DNA of 64,000 bases from a virus (IMGVR_UViG_3300030329_001630:7592-71591), one strand, 5' to 3'. Shown: positions 19,408 to 28,859, counted from the stretch's first letter. Program-made: numbers and translations. Notes: generated by a model from the letters alone, not told the origin.

Positions 19408-20067
19408 TTATGGCATCAGTTCGAGATACGGATGTCCATTCACAACTACTCCACATGCGTGAATTGGTTTAACAAGATAGTGCTCAGAATAGAGCATAGC
19501 AAGATGATCATTGTCCACCCCGCACCCAACAGACATACCAAAGATGCGGTGATTGTTAGCACCAGACATCCAATTAATAGCTGCTTTTGTATGATGATGC
19601 CCCATGACCACTGACTGGTTACGTGTTCGAGCCGCATTAAATGCCGGATAAGCAGAAGCAGCACCAGTCCCATGATAATAATAAACACCATCGATTTCAA
19701 CATTCTGTTTCCACTCCCAGTTCTTTGTTTTATATAGTTCTTTATATTCCTTCAGGTACATAGCAGGAATACCGGCATCGGCTGCAATCCTATGGACACG
19801 ACAGTCATGATTACCAATAGTGACGGTAGCGTTTGGGTACGCCTTGTACCAACGCTTAACTGTATCAAAGGCAAGTTCGTATTCCCTGATCGCGTCGGGC
19901 GATTCAGGGTTTGCTTTATGATACGAAATGACATGGTGATCGATAACGTCACCAATGAATACTGTTTGGTCAGTCCTATATTTCCTTCGTATACTTCTGA
20001 CGAAATCAAAGTAGTCGTCTTTAACAGCAGGGGCGTGTAAGTCCCCGATTACTAATACTCTACTCAT
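19408..20067 (-). CDS. Calcineurin-like metallophosphoesterase
   Basis: IGDLH, GDVID, GNHD, HG and GHHH motifs. Confidence 0.88.
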   Translation of the reverse strand: MSRVLVIGDLHAPAVKDDYFDFVRSIRRKYRTDQTVFIGDVIDHHVISYHKANPESPDAIREYELAFDTVKRWYKAYPNATVTIGNHDCRVHRIAADAGIPAMYLKEYKELYKTKNWEWKQNVEIDGVYYYHGTGAASAYPAFNAARTRNQSVVMGHHHTKAAINWMSGANNHRIFGMSVGCGVDNDHLAMLYSEHYLVKPIHACGVVVNGHPYLELMP

Positions 20068-20638
20068 TGATTTTACTCCTAATGTCTCTGCACTTACGGG
20101 AAACCATAGACTCACTTATGTCCATCATTACACCAATGGTTTTCATTGTGGTTCCCTGAGCAATTTGGTTGACAATAAACCGTTCGTGTTTTGTAATACT
20201 CGGTTTATTGACGATTTGTTCTCTGAAAGTTTCTTTTGAATCCAAAGGGTTATTGCATTCACTTGCACCGTTGCATTCATTAGAATGGGGGATATCACTT
20301 TCTGCGAACTGTTGCATTTTGTGGATATAACGGCCTTCTTCCTTACCTTCCCAGTTTCTGTGCATACCTTCCTCAAATGACCTCATGCCATCTGAGATTC
20401 TTCCCCCAAGGTAAAGGAAACAGTACTTAGTAAACGGAACACCTTTGCTTTCGTCCCACGACTTTAGCAAATTTTGAATCTGAATCCATCCCTCACTGAG
20501 CAATGCTTCTTTAGACCATCGATTGAAGTAATTGCTTTTGAGCTTCTGACCGACAATAATCTGAATCAACTCAACAAGATCATTTTCGTTAGCGATGTCA
20601 ATTGGGTTCTTTTCGTAATCTCTGAATTTATTCCGCAT
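20060..20638 (-). CDS. Sigma-70 family sigma factor (FliA/WhiG-like regions 2 and 4)
   Basis: EALLSEG...WDESKGVPFTKYCFLYLGGRISDGMR matches region 2.2-2.4. TMKTIGVMMDISESMVSRK matches the region 4.2 HTH. Probable start MRNKF at 20638. Confidence 0.75.
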   Translation of the reverse strand: MRNKFRDYEKNPIDIANENDLVELIQIIVGQKLKSNYFNRWSKEALLSEGWIQIQNLLKSWDESKGVPFTKYCFLYLGGRISDGMRSFEEGMHRNWEGKEEGRYIHKMQQFAESDIPHSNECNGASECNNPLDSKETFREQIVNKPSITKHERFIVNQIAQGTTMKTIGVMMDISESMVSRKCRDIRSKINE

Positions 20639-20903
20639 TAAAGTAATCCTCTTCTGTAAAGTTATCGTCAGGACCATCTACTACAAATTCAATGTTTACA
20701 AGATCTTCTGGAAGATCGTCTTCTTTAGACAGGTGTTTATCACCAATAGTCTGTACGTTATCAAGAATAATGTTTACCCAAGAAATATGAGGTAACATAA
20801 TCTGATACGTAGCGTTTTCTCCTTCTAGGATATTAAACTCGATTGTATCAAGAAGCTCCTCCATTGTGTGCTCCGAATTGATCGTTGTTGTGTGTTTGAA
20901 CAT
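20628..20903 (-). CDS. Hypothetical acidic protein
   Basis: Start MFKHT with AGGAGG RBS. Confidence 0.55.
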   Translation of the reverse strand: MFKHTTTINSEHTMEELLDTIEFNILEGENATYQIMLPHISWVNIILDNVQTIGDKHLSKEDDLPEDLVNIEFVVDGPDDNFTEEDYFNAE

Positions 20904-21147
20904 CAGAATCCTCCTTGAGGTAATGAATTTCTTGTACCATTTCAATAGGGATGAGATGCACAGCACCTCCTGCTTGCCCATCATGTTGGATCGTATCCGT
21001 CAAAACAATCCGGTCTTCTGTGAAATTAATGACGTAACCAATAGTGTTTACAATACAAATTTCAGCAGAAGCTGCTTCTTTAATATCTTCGGCATCTTCC
21101 CATCCGGGTCCGCCGGTTGACTGCGCGTCCTTCCATTTGACTCTCAT
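20848..21147 (-). CDS. Conserved hypothetical phage protein (VxWxDA...TIGY...IP pattern)
   Basis: MRVKWKDAQS...W...IVNTIGYVI...IVLTDT...IPIEMVQEI, a common small beta-barrel phage protein pattern. Confidence 0.6.
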   Translation of the reverse strand: MRVKWKDAQSTGGPGWEDAEDIKEAASAEICIVNTIGYVINFTEDRIVLTDTIQHDGQAGGAVHLIPIEMVQEIHYLKEDSDVQTHNNDQFGAHNGGAS

Positions 21148-21181
21148 GATTCTACCTTCGTTAAGGATAGATTTCAACCAC

Positions 21182-23746
21182 TCAGCAGAAGAGATATTCA
21201 GATTCGAGAATTTCTTCTGGAACGAGGCCACCTTGTTCTGGAATGTCTGGGAGTTCGTGACCGGAAAAGTTTTCGAGATCTTGTTTAAATAATTCGAGTT
21301 GGCTTTCTTTGTGAATTTCATAAAATGTTTCCCTTGATATACGTGTTAGATACTTTAGGTAAATAATAGGTACTCCGAAGCTATCGTGGATCATGCAAAA
21401 GTTTCTGCACCCCATTGCCAGCAAACGCAATACCACAAATACCATATGAGCAGCGTCAATTGAGTGGACCCAGTTAGGAGGGATAGCCGTAGCCATTTTC
21501 CTAACGTCCATGTCCTCAGTAAACTGCCACATTTCTGCCGTAGATCTAATACGTACATCATTCTTTAGCAGTAAAGCAATATCAGTGATATACTCTACAT
21601 GTTCAGTGTAATACTGCCTGACTTTAAATCCAGAAGGAGTTGTCCATTGAAGAGGCTTTTTCTTTCTGTCATCACTATTATAACAAACTTCAACACATGC
21701 TTTAATATACTCTTTAGCTTCGTTAGGAAGAATTAAGGCTTCTTGGAGTGCTTCCCAAATTACAGACGTACATTCCATGATGGCCCCTTGCCAGCTTAGG
21801 CCACGCCCTTCGAGCAATGGTCTACACCAGTCAAGATGTCCCTCAGATCGGATGTACTGTCTTGCACTGTAGAATGTGACTCCGTAAGGATCACACATTA
21901 CAGTCCTTTTAGGTAACCCTCTTGGCATCTTCTTGTCTTTTTCTGTGTGCTCCCAATGGGTTAAAAACATATCAAAGTATTGATTAGCATCACGTTCTGC
22001 TTCCATTTTTGCAGTAGCGTTATGAGCAATAAACTTATACATATCACCCGGTTTAGAGGTTTTACTAACATTAACAAGTTCAGCTAAGTTTTCAGCTTTA
22101 GTTGTACCTACCCAATGTTGAATACCATTGCATGTCCCGTCAAGATTCTTAGGGACATACGAGTATCCTGTTTCTAAAGCAATAAAGAAATCAATAGTAT
22201 CAGCCAGTCGCCTGAATGATATATTCTTTTTAGCTTTATCATCTTTCCAAAGATTTACAGTACCTTCAGGGTCTTCGTATACTTGACGAAGCATACTCAT
22301 ATTGTCATCGACCCATTGAGCACGTTCTTCAAAAGACGCTTTATCAAAGTCCCACCTGTTAGCTAAGTGAACCTTTAACCAGAAGTAGTCACATTCTTCT
22401 TTAACTTCATTTGATTCTAACTTAACTCCTTCAGCGAATTGAATTATACCGCAGTCGAAGTCCCCACTTTGAGGAGATAGAAACGATGACTGCGTATAGC
22501 ATCTCCCCCTAAAGTCAGAAGAATAAGCGTGCCAAAATATCAAGTCTTTAAGATCATCCGCAATAAGTAAACGCATTTCCATTTGCATTCTCTTTTGCTT
22601 AGTCTTTTCCCATAGACCCCATGCTTCAGCACGTTCGTTTTTCCATTTAGCTATTACTTCTTTTTCTTCTCCTTCAGGGAAAGGTCTACTGAATACAAAC
22701 TCATCGTGGTCGTAAGGAGGCAGGTTACACACCTGTCGATTAGACTTGTACAGATTAGTCATTACCTCAAGAACTCTTTTGTTGATGCTCCATTCAGTAC
22801 CTTGCAATGCATTAAGGGCATTGATTGACTGTTGGCTATGCTCACTATTGTTCTTGTAGTAATTGCCTGCTCTTGTGTTATGAACAGATGACTTCCTGTA
22901 TTCTAAGTGTAAAGCACCACCCCAGTCCTCCGCTGTCTTGTTAGGATAGTCGTGAGGAATAGGTGGGCACACCATTGGATAATACAACCACTTATAATAT
23001 TGGTAAAAATTATGAAATGCCTCGAAGTTTTTCGTAAACTCTTCTCGCAGTGAGATAATAGTATGTCTTTTAATCTGTCCGTTTTTTACAATAGCGATAG
23101 GGTTTTCAACAAAGGGCATAATACTTTCTTTGTTTCCTACCATTAAGGTATAGAACGATAAGGCAACCACATTTCTCTTTTGGTTATCCCATGTAGGTAA
23201 CGTTTGACACTTACGTGCAAACGCTTTCATTCTTTTCTTGTTCCAATTCTTAAAGTAATGCGACTGTCGGGCAAACTCATTGCTGTAGTTTTCTTTAGCC
23301 AGTCGTATGCCGATAGCCAGCCACAGTTCTCTTGATATAACACCTAGTATATTCTGTTTAGTTTGTGATCTTAAGTCTCCTAAGTTATAGTTATCGTACT
23401 TAATACCGTCCGATGCTTGGATCAGACGAGACGATAAGCAGCTATCAAGCAATGCCTTGACAACAATAGCAGCACATCGTTCAGCACCCAACAAGTGAGC
23501 AATAGTAAGCCAGTAAGGCTTCTTTTTTACTTTTTCATATTGTTCTTCTGTCCAATTAATGTAATCGCTAAGGTATTCTGTGTAATCAAACACGAATTCC
23601 TTCTCGCGTGGAGATGCACTAGGGGACATGTTAACATTGTTGAGGTACTTTTCAATGGATTGTTTAGCTGCTTTGTCTTCGTTGGCTAACTGAAGATTTG
23701 TTAGCCTTCTTCTTTCTTCTTTTGTGTACGTTTCCCATATTGTCAT
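21182..23746 (-). CDS. T7-type single-subunit DNA-dependent RNA polymerase
   Basis: YPMVCPP, DFRGRCY, LDGTCNGIQHW (motif A), KRTVMCDPYG (motif B), PNWVHSIDAAH and MIHDSF (motif C). AAGGAG RBS before MTIWE at 23746. Confidence 0.96.
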   Translation of the reverse strand: MTIWETYTKEERRRLTNLQLANEDKAAKQSIEKYLNNVNMSPSASPREKEFVFDYTEYLSDYINWTEEQYEKVKKKPYWLTIAHLLGAERCAAIVVKALLDSCLSSRLIQASDGIKYDNYNLGDLRSQTKQNILGVISRELWLAIGIRLAKENYSNEFARQSHYFKNWNKKRMKAFARKCQTLPTWDNQKRNVVALSFYTLMVGNKESIMPFVENPIAIVKNGQIKRHTIISLREEFTKNFEAFHNFYQYYKWLYYPMVCPPIPHDYPNKTAEDWGGALHLEYRKSSVHNTRAGNYYKNNSEHSQQSINALNALQGTEWSINKRVLEVMTNLYKSNRQVCNLPPYDHDEFVFSRPFPEGEEKEVIAKWKNERAEAWGLWEKTKQKRMQMEMRLLIADDLKDLIFWHAYSSDFRGRCYTQSSFLSPQSGDFDCGIIQFAEGVKLESNEVKEECDYFWLKVHLANRWDFDKASFEERAQWVDDNMSMLRQVYEDPEGTVNLWKDDKAKKNISFRRLADTIDFFIALETGYSYVPKNLDGTCNGIQHWVGTTKAENLAELVNVSKTSKPGDMYKFIAHNATAKMEAERDANQYFDMFLTHWEHTEKDKKMPRGLPKRTVMCDPYGVTFYSARQYIRSEGHLDWCRPLLEGRGLSWQGAIMECTSVIWEALQEALILPNEAKEYIKACVEVCYNSDDRKKKPLQWTTPSGFKVRQYYTEHVEYITDIALLLKNDVRIRSTAEMWQFTEDMDVRKMATAIPPNWVHSIDAAHMVFVVLRLLAMGCRNFCMIHDSFGVPIIYLKYLTRISRETFYEIHKESQLELFKQDLENFSGHELPDIPEQGGLVPEEILESEYLFC

Positions 23747-23858
23747 TGGACTCCTTATCACTCATAATGTTAAGTTTCTTCTTTCCAAAAATTTTCTCAT
23801 ATTCTTTATCATACTTTTTTCTATCTACATCTCTGTATCTATCGCCTTTACCGCTCAT
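23664..23858 (-). CDS. Small basic hypothetical protein (GKGD.YR...Y.KIFG type)
   Basis: Start MSGKGDRYRDVDRKKYDKEYEKIFGKK with AAGGAG RBS. The longer ORF in the track runs into the tRNA. Confidence 0.55.
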   Translation of the reverse strand: MSGKGDRYRDVDRKKYDKEYEKIFGKKKLNIMSDKESNDNMGNVHKRRKKKANKSSVSQRRQSS

Positions 23859-23875
23859 AAGGTACTCCTTTCTAA

Positions 23876-23960
23876 TAGCTCCGGGGGGACTCGAACCCCC
23901 ATGAGGTTTACCCTCGACGGATTTTAAGTCCGTTGCGTCTGCCAATTCCGCCACAGAGCC
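23876..23960 (-). tRNA. tRNA-Leu (anticodon UAA)
   Basis: GGCTCTG-TGGCGGAATTGGCAGACGC-AACGGA-CTTAAAA-TCCGT, long variable arm, GGGGGTTCGAGTCCCCC-CGGAGCT-A. No encoded CCA. Confidence 0.93.
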
Positions 23961-23964
23961 ATCA

Positions 23965-24038
23965 CACTTCGGGAAGGACTCGAACCTTCGACCTGCGGAT
24001 TAGAAGTCCGCTGCTCTATCCGACTGAGCTACCGAAGC
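23965..24038 (-). tRNA. tRNA-Arg (anticodon UCU)
   Basis: GCTTCGG-TAGCTCAGTCGGATAGAGCA-GCGGA-CTTCTAA-TCCGC-AGGTC-GAAGGTTCGAGTCCTTC-CCGAAGT-G. Confidence 0.93.
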
Positions 24039-24559
24039 CCTTTCTTCTTAGAGATTTTCCACAATTCAGTCCAAGCAGGAAGCCTAGCATTTACTAAATG
24101 GAACGCTGCTTCTTCAATAGGTACGCCAGATTCAATACAGCAAGCTACAGTATAATAAGAAGCATTAGGGTACAACATTAAGCCTTCATTATGTAAAAAT
24201 TTAGTAACTCTCTTTTCTGTTTCTTTTGTTGCACTACCTTCTAAGATACAATCAACAGCGAAGAATACAGAATCTGGTTCTCCTTTAACGAAAGAAGATC
24301 CCCAGCCCGGAATCTTGTAATGATTTAACAGATGGGTTTTGATTTCATTCTCGTAGTTTAATTCAGAGCACCTCGAAATAAATTTATGTGTTTGCATAAG
24401 AGGGGCATGAATTTCTCCAAGTGTAAGAAGCCCTCCTGCAATGGAGGTAAAGTAATCTTTTCCGACTTCCGCAAGCGCTGCTACCGAAGCCGCCGAAGCG
24501 TTATTCCTTAATGCAATTTCATTTTGAAATGAATACATTTCTTCTAATAAGGTGTGCAT
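24029..24559 (-). CDS. Truncated citrate-synthase-like (citryl-CoA lyase fold) protein, catalytic residues partly substituted
   Basis: NNASA, DYFTSIAGGLLTLGEIHAP, KIPGWGSSFVKGEPD, LYPNASYY and ARLPAW align in order with citrate synthase motifs NAST, G.LHGGA, GFGHRVY..DPR, PNVDFY and R..GW. Confidence 0.65.
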   Translation of the reverse strand: MHTLLEEMYSFQNEIALRNNASAASVAALAEVGKDYFTSIAGGLLTLGEIHAPLMQTHKFISRCSELNYENEIKTHLLNHYKIPGWGSSFVKGEPDSVFFAVDCILEGSATKETEKRVTKFLHNEGLMLYPNASYYTVACCIESGVPIEEAAFHLVNARLPAWTELWKISKKKGLR

Positions 24560-24578
24560 AATTTCTCCTTTCTGAGAA

Positions 24579-24650
24579 TACCCTCGGCAGGACTCGAACC
24601 TGCGACCGATCGGTTAAAAGCCGAATGCTCTACCACTGAGCTACGAGGGC
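24579..24650 (-). tRNA. tRNA-Lys (anticodon UUU)
   Basis: GCCCTCG-TAGCTCAGTGGTAGAGCA-TTCGG-CTTTTAA-CCGAT-CGGTC-GCAGGTTCGAGTCCTGC-CGAGGGT-A. Confidence 0.93.
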
Positions 24651-24757
24651 AGGTGCCCCTTGAGTGTTCAAGGGGCGGGGGGACATGGTGTAAGTTTTGA
24701 GGAAACTAGGCATCCCCCCTTTCATTATAAGAGGTTATGCACACCATGCCATAAAAC

Positions 24758-25741
24758 TTAGAAAGCCAACGCGGCCTTCATGATTTTGTTAGAAGTTTCT
24801 GCCTTCTTACCCATCAGCATTTCACCAGCCCGATTCTCGTAAGAAGCCTTACGCCCTCGGGTTGAGATCTTGTGCTGAACATCGGAGGTTACTGCGTTAG
24901 CAGCAAGCCACATTGAGGGTCGGATCCCGTCGATTTCACGTTCGTTCTCAAACGTGATCTTGACGCTTTCCATGAATCTCGTTGCTTCCTTAACAGCAGC
25001 GGTCTCATTCTTGAGGATCTTGGGATCAGTCACCATCGTAAATGCCTGTCGCCAGAATTCATTGAGGCGATCATGAGTGACATCCTTCTGAGCGAGGGAG
25101 TTTACGGTAGTGTAGAACCACTCACGGTTCTTCTTGTATTCTCCAAGCGCAGTACGCATGTCAGCCAGCTTGGTCTGGAAGTCTCCGTTGTGGCTGATCG
25201 AGTAGGTCTGGCCCTTAGCATTGCTCAGTGCCATCTGAAGAGTGTTCTGGCAAACGATACGAATTGACGTACCGAAGCCACGAAGAGAGAACTTGCCGTC
25301 GTGCCCATTGCACAGGCAGAAGTAAGTATCAAGAACGTCACGCTCTTCCTTGCCAACCTCAATGCTGGATCCCTTGAGCAGGATCACGACACGCTTGCCG
25401 CCCATCATTGAGAAAGCTGACTCGACTTTGACATCATCGGACACGGAGTACGCAAGTTCTGCAAGCTCCACATTCTGGAAGATGTTGTAGTCACTGGAGA
25501 CATAACCAAGGGCTTCCTTGGTGTCTTCACGGTACGTCATGCACCGGTCGGAATCCATCACAGTAACACCATTGCTGGTGTAGCCAAACACGCCATCCGT
25601 CTTGTAGACGTACCAATCGAGTCCGGCCTTTTCAACCGCACCGAGAGGACTCATCTCATCCTGAATAACGTAGCCCAGCCCGTGCCAAGCCTTGTTCTTG
25701 TGAAAGACAGCGCCGTCAGTGGTGGTAATTTCGTGTGACAT
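24758..25741 (-). CDS. DUF932 / TIGR03299-like phage protein
   Basis: MSHEI...AWHGLG, AGLDW.V.K, Y...QN, ESA..M.GGK, NGHDG and TSIRIVCQNTL motifs. Confidence 0.85.
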   Translation of the reverse strand: MSHEITTTDGAVFHKNKAWHGLGYVIQDEMSPLGAVEKAGLDWYVYKTDGVFGYTSNGVTVMDSDRCMTYREDTKEALGYVSSDYNIFQNVELAELAYSVSDDVKVESAFSMMGGKRVVILLKGSSIEVGKEERDVLDTYFCLCNGHDGKFSLRGFGTSIRIVCQNTLQMALSNAKGQTYSISHNGDFQTKLADMRTALGEYKKNREWFYTTVNSLAQKDVTHDRLNEFWRQAFTMVTDPKILKNETAAVKEATRFMESVKITFENEREIDGIRPSMWLAANAVTSDVQHKISTRGRKASYENRAGEMLMGKKAETSNKIMKAALAF

Positions 25742-25884
25742 AGTATGTTGACCTTTCTTAGTCAAAGAGATCTAGGGCTTTACCGATAAAGCCCAAAATG
25801 ATACCAGTAAAAACAAGAAACAAAAAGTAATCAAAACAACCTATTCCATACAGTAAAAATCCATCTGCTCCGTTCATTATATCG

Positions 25885-26226
25885 TCACCTTAGGTACACC
25901 TTCTTTACAAATTCTTTTTCTAACATGATACTATCTATCCCAAGTCTTCCTGCCGTTTCTTCATGATAAATCCATTCTTCTGCCCAAATAGCAACACGAT
26001 GGAATACTGCTTCTGCGGAATGAAGAGGTACAGTAAACTTCCATTCTTTGTAACCAAGTACATCACCATCTTGGATTATACATTTGCAGGGAAATTCTCT
26101 TATTACAGCTTGCCTGCACTCATCAAAAATAACTTCCTTTAATTCTGCTTGCACTTTTTCATCTGTTGCAACAGTGTTAGGGACCATTATTGTGTAACGA
26201 ACACAATCACGTTCAGTCATCTGCAT
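25885..26226 (-). CDS. Hypothetical early protein
   Basis: ORF with AGGA RBS, overlapping the upstream gene. Confidence 0.6.
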   Translation of the reverse strand: MQMTERDCVRYTIMVPNTVATDEKVQAELKEVIFDECRQAVIREFPCKCIIQDGDVLGYKEWKFTVPLHSAEAVFHRVAIWAEEWIYHEETAGRLGIDSIMLEKEFVKKVYLR

Positions 26227-26389
26227 ATTCCTTTAAACCGATTTCATGTACGGGATCAATGTCTTTAGGTGAGCTTCCTTCACATAACATATCGTGCTGT
26301 TCGGGTGTAATAAAGCAAATCGAACAGCCGTCTACTCCTGTGTATGTCTCACCATCGCTTAATACCAAGATTGTCATTAGCTTACTCAT
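26213..26389 (-). CDS. Hypothetical early protein
   Basis: MSKLMTILVLSDGETY..., with GAAGGA RBS. Confidence 0.55.
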   Translation of the reverse strand: MSKLMTILVLSDGETYTGVDGCSICFITPEQHDMLCEGSSPKDIDPVHEIGLKEYADD

Positions 26390-26576
26390 CTGAGTTTCCT
26401 TCAAGAAAATTTTCCCATTCCTGTTGAGTCATATCTACTGAATCATCAGTATGGGCCGGGTTATCGCCAGCCCACTCGGACCAGTGTTTCTTTTGAGGCT
26501 TAGGTTTCTTTTGTTTTTTAATCTTATCTTTTGCACGATCAGTTTTACGCCAATCGTTATGATCCTTGGGACTCAT
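26382..26576 (-). CDS. Hypothetical early protein
   Basis: 64-aa ORF in a tightly packed operon. Confidence 0.5.
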   Translation of the reverse strand: MSPKDHNDWRKTDRAKDKIKKQKKPKPQKKHWSEWAGDNPAHTDDSVDMTQQEWENFLEGNSDE

Positions 26577-26670
26577 ACGTCAATTCTTCCTGCCTCTCTT
26601 TCTAAGGCCATACTTGTTTTTCTTTGAACGCCTCGGCTTACCCGCAGTACGTCCCCTAAACTCTTTAAAC

Positions 26671-27345
26671 TTAATGCTCTTTTTCGCCAAAGTTCCACTC
26701 CTGTGGTTGACATTTATTGCAAAGGGCTGCCCAACCGTTGGGGAATTTATCAGCCGTGATAGTGGAAACTTGCTCGGCGCACCATTGGATCTCGTGCTGG
26801 GCGTGGTCATCAGACCTCAGGTTGTAGAACCTTGCCCATGCTGCCAAGCTGCCACTTACGATGAACTCAGTCATGGCTGCCTGAGGCAACACCATCCGTG
26901 CCATCTCAGGCGCAATGCCTTGATTAATAAGAGTATTGTAATGATGGACCATTGACTCCATGAGTTCAATAGTTTCATCGCTTACGTATTCAATCCTTGA
27001 TGAACTTCCTTGTTTAATGCTACCTTCTGGCTTTCCACGCCAGACTTCGGCCCTAAACAATTCAGGCTCATAAGAAACATATCTCCTGCTTACCTCATTA
27101 TAGGCAAAGCCAACAGTATGTTTAAACCATTGGCGTGCCACGAAGATAGGAACCTTTACTCGTAGCTTAAGAAAGCAGTGAGCATAGGGGGTCCAATGAT
27201 CGTTCTTTGCAAGGTAATGTAAGAGCTTAGTATCCTGCTCTCTGAGATTTTCAGTTTCCTTATTAAAAGAAACACGGGCAGCATTAACAATATCTTTGTC
27301 ATCACCCATGTGATCGACATAGTTAACACTCATTTCTGTGAACAT
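26671..27345 (-). CDS. thyX: FAD-dependent thymidylate synthase ThyX
   Basis: IVNAARVSF, HWTPY.H, PIFVARQWFKH...NEVSRRY, PEMARMVLPQ and LRSDDHAQHEI. Confidence 0.95.
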   Translation of the reverse strand: MFTEMSVNYVDHMGDDKDIVNAARVSFNKETENLREQDTKLLHYLAKNDHWTPYAHCFLKLRVKVPIFVARQWFKHTVGFAYNEVSRRYVSYEPELFRAEVWRGKPEGSIKQGSSSRIEYVSDETIELMESMVHHYNTLINQGIAPEMARMVLPQAAMTEFIVSGSLAAWARFYNLRSDDHAQHEIQWCAEQVSTITADKFPNGWAALCNKCQPQEWNFGEKEH

Positions 27346-27539
27346 GTAACTTCTCCAGTAATATCCTCTCGTTCATCTGTATCCTGATTAATCAAGGTAA
27401 CCCGAACGTGATCCTCCTCACCGGGATAGGTCAACTCAATCTCTTGTCGAATGACATCGAGATTGTTATCTCGGTTATCGCTGTGCATGTCAACGGTGTG
27501 ACCTATAGAACCACGGTACATAATTTCTGCGATATACAT
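27330..27539 (-). CDS. Hypothetical early protein
   Basis: ORF with AAGGAG RBS. Confidence 0.6.
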   Translation of the reverse strand: MYIAEIMYRGSIGHTVDMHSDNRDNNLDVIRQEIELTYPGEEDHVRVTLINQDTDEREDITGEVTCSQK

Positions 27540-27548
27540 ACTCGCTCC

Positions 27549-27806
27549 TTATTCAAGAATATTAATAATACGAGCAACAATGCTCTGTGCTTTTTTTGCT
27601 GTTTCCAAAGTGCTTCTATTCAGTTCTTCGTTCTCGTACTGCATGTGCATCTGACCTGCGATTTGATCGAGGTCGATGAACAAGTAACGAAGATCATTTT
27701 CGCTACCTTCGTAGTCACTAAGGTGCTCCTTCTTGACGCTGCAAGACTTAGCCTTAGCGAAGTGGTTGTTAATGTCATTGAAGATGTTGTTCAAAGGGTC
27801 AGTCAT
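27549..27806 (-). CDS. Hypothetical early protein
   Basis: 85-aa ORF in a packed operon. Confidence 0.55.
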   Translation of the reverse strand: MTDPLNNIFNDINNHFAKAKSCSVKKEHLSDYEGSENDLRYLFIDLDQIAGQMHMQYENEELNRSTLETAKKAQSIVARIINILE

Positions 27807-27979
27807 TACTTAGTTCTTTCTGATTCAAAAATGTGCTTGTTGTCTTCTGATTCGAGGTGTGCCATGAACCGCTCGGCATCCTCACGATTATCGAAACCAT
27901 CTTCAATAGTATTGGTGGAATCAACTACAACGTTGAACCACTTGCCGGTCTGAACAATCTTGTAAATCATTTGCACTCC

Positions 27980-28360
27980 TTAGTGCTTGGTTAGATAGGA
28001 CTTAAGAACTTCCCAATACTTATCTTCACCCATCTTATCAGGGTTATCAGTCATATAAGTCTTGGGCTTGATGTACTTACCTTTCATCTGATTTTTCCAT
28101 TGCTGTGCAATAGAAGGGAACACATTCAGCATCCCTTTATCGGTAGACTTTCCTTTCTTGTCAGTGACAGCCCTCCAGTCCACATAAGGATCGTGGACAT
28201 TCAGCAGCCCTTGCATGTGCAACTGCTGTGCTTCATTCAGGTTGTCTTGGTTACGCCTACGGTCAACGATGAGATACACCTGCTCGTTAGCAACCAGCGT
28301 AGTAGCAGCGGGTTGGGTTCCGAACACGCAGAATCCATCACGGTCATACAGTTTACTCAT
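27980..28360 (-). CDS. Hypothetical early protein
   Basis: 126-aa ORF with AAGGA RBS. Confidence 0.6.
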   Translation of the reverse strand: MSKLYDRDGFCVFGTQPAATTLVANEQVYLIVDRRRNQDNLNEAQQLHMQGLLNVHDPYVDWRAVTDKKGKSTDKGMLNVFPSIAQQWKNQMKGKYIKPKTYMTDNPDKMGEDKYWEVLKSYLTKH

Positions 28361-28586
28361 AGCTTTTCCTTATGTAGCTATACCAATAACGTGGGTTTTT
28401 TGGACGCTACATATCTATCGGATTAGTTTTTGCTACTCTTGAGCAATCTATAGCATAATAAAACTACTAGTATCAATACAAGTAGAGCAGCCCCTGTATC
28501 AACAGGTTGGTCATAAGGCCCGGAGACCCCCTCTGAGCCGCTTGGCCCAGAGGGGACTCGGGATACCTCGAAAGCCTTGCAACCCA

Positions 28587-28859
28587 TTAGGCGGTCGCAC
28601 CGTTGGCGATAGCCCATGCCTTCTGCTCACGCTTGCGCTGATCCATCAGGCGGTTGAATCCATCAGGCCCGGAGTACTTCCAAGTCTTGCAAGTGGACTT
28701 GCCGTGCTTGGCCTCGTAATTCTTCTTGATTCGGATCACCTCATCCATGAGGCCGCCCTGAGTATCTGCGAAGATCTTGACCTTCCAACTCTTGTTGCCT
28801 TCACCGTTGGTGAGGTAGAAAGTGACGGTGGCGAAGTACTTCTTGTTGTCGTTACGCAT
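28587..28859 (-). CDS. Hypothetical basic early protein
   Basis: 90-aa ORF downstream of a terminator hairpin. Confidence 0.55.
   Translation of the reverse strand: MRNDNKKYFATVTFYLTNGEGNKSWKVKIFADTQGGLMDEVIRIKKNYEAKHGKSTCKTWKYSGPDGFNRLMDQRKREQKAWAIANGATA

Noticed and set aside
23859-23954. N-terminal extension MAELADATDLKSVEG of ORF 23664-23954
   Set aside because: It is the translated tRNA-Leu sequence. The real start is probably MSGKGD at 23858.
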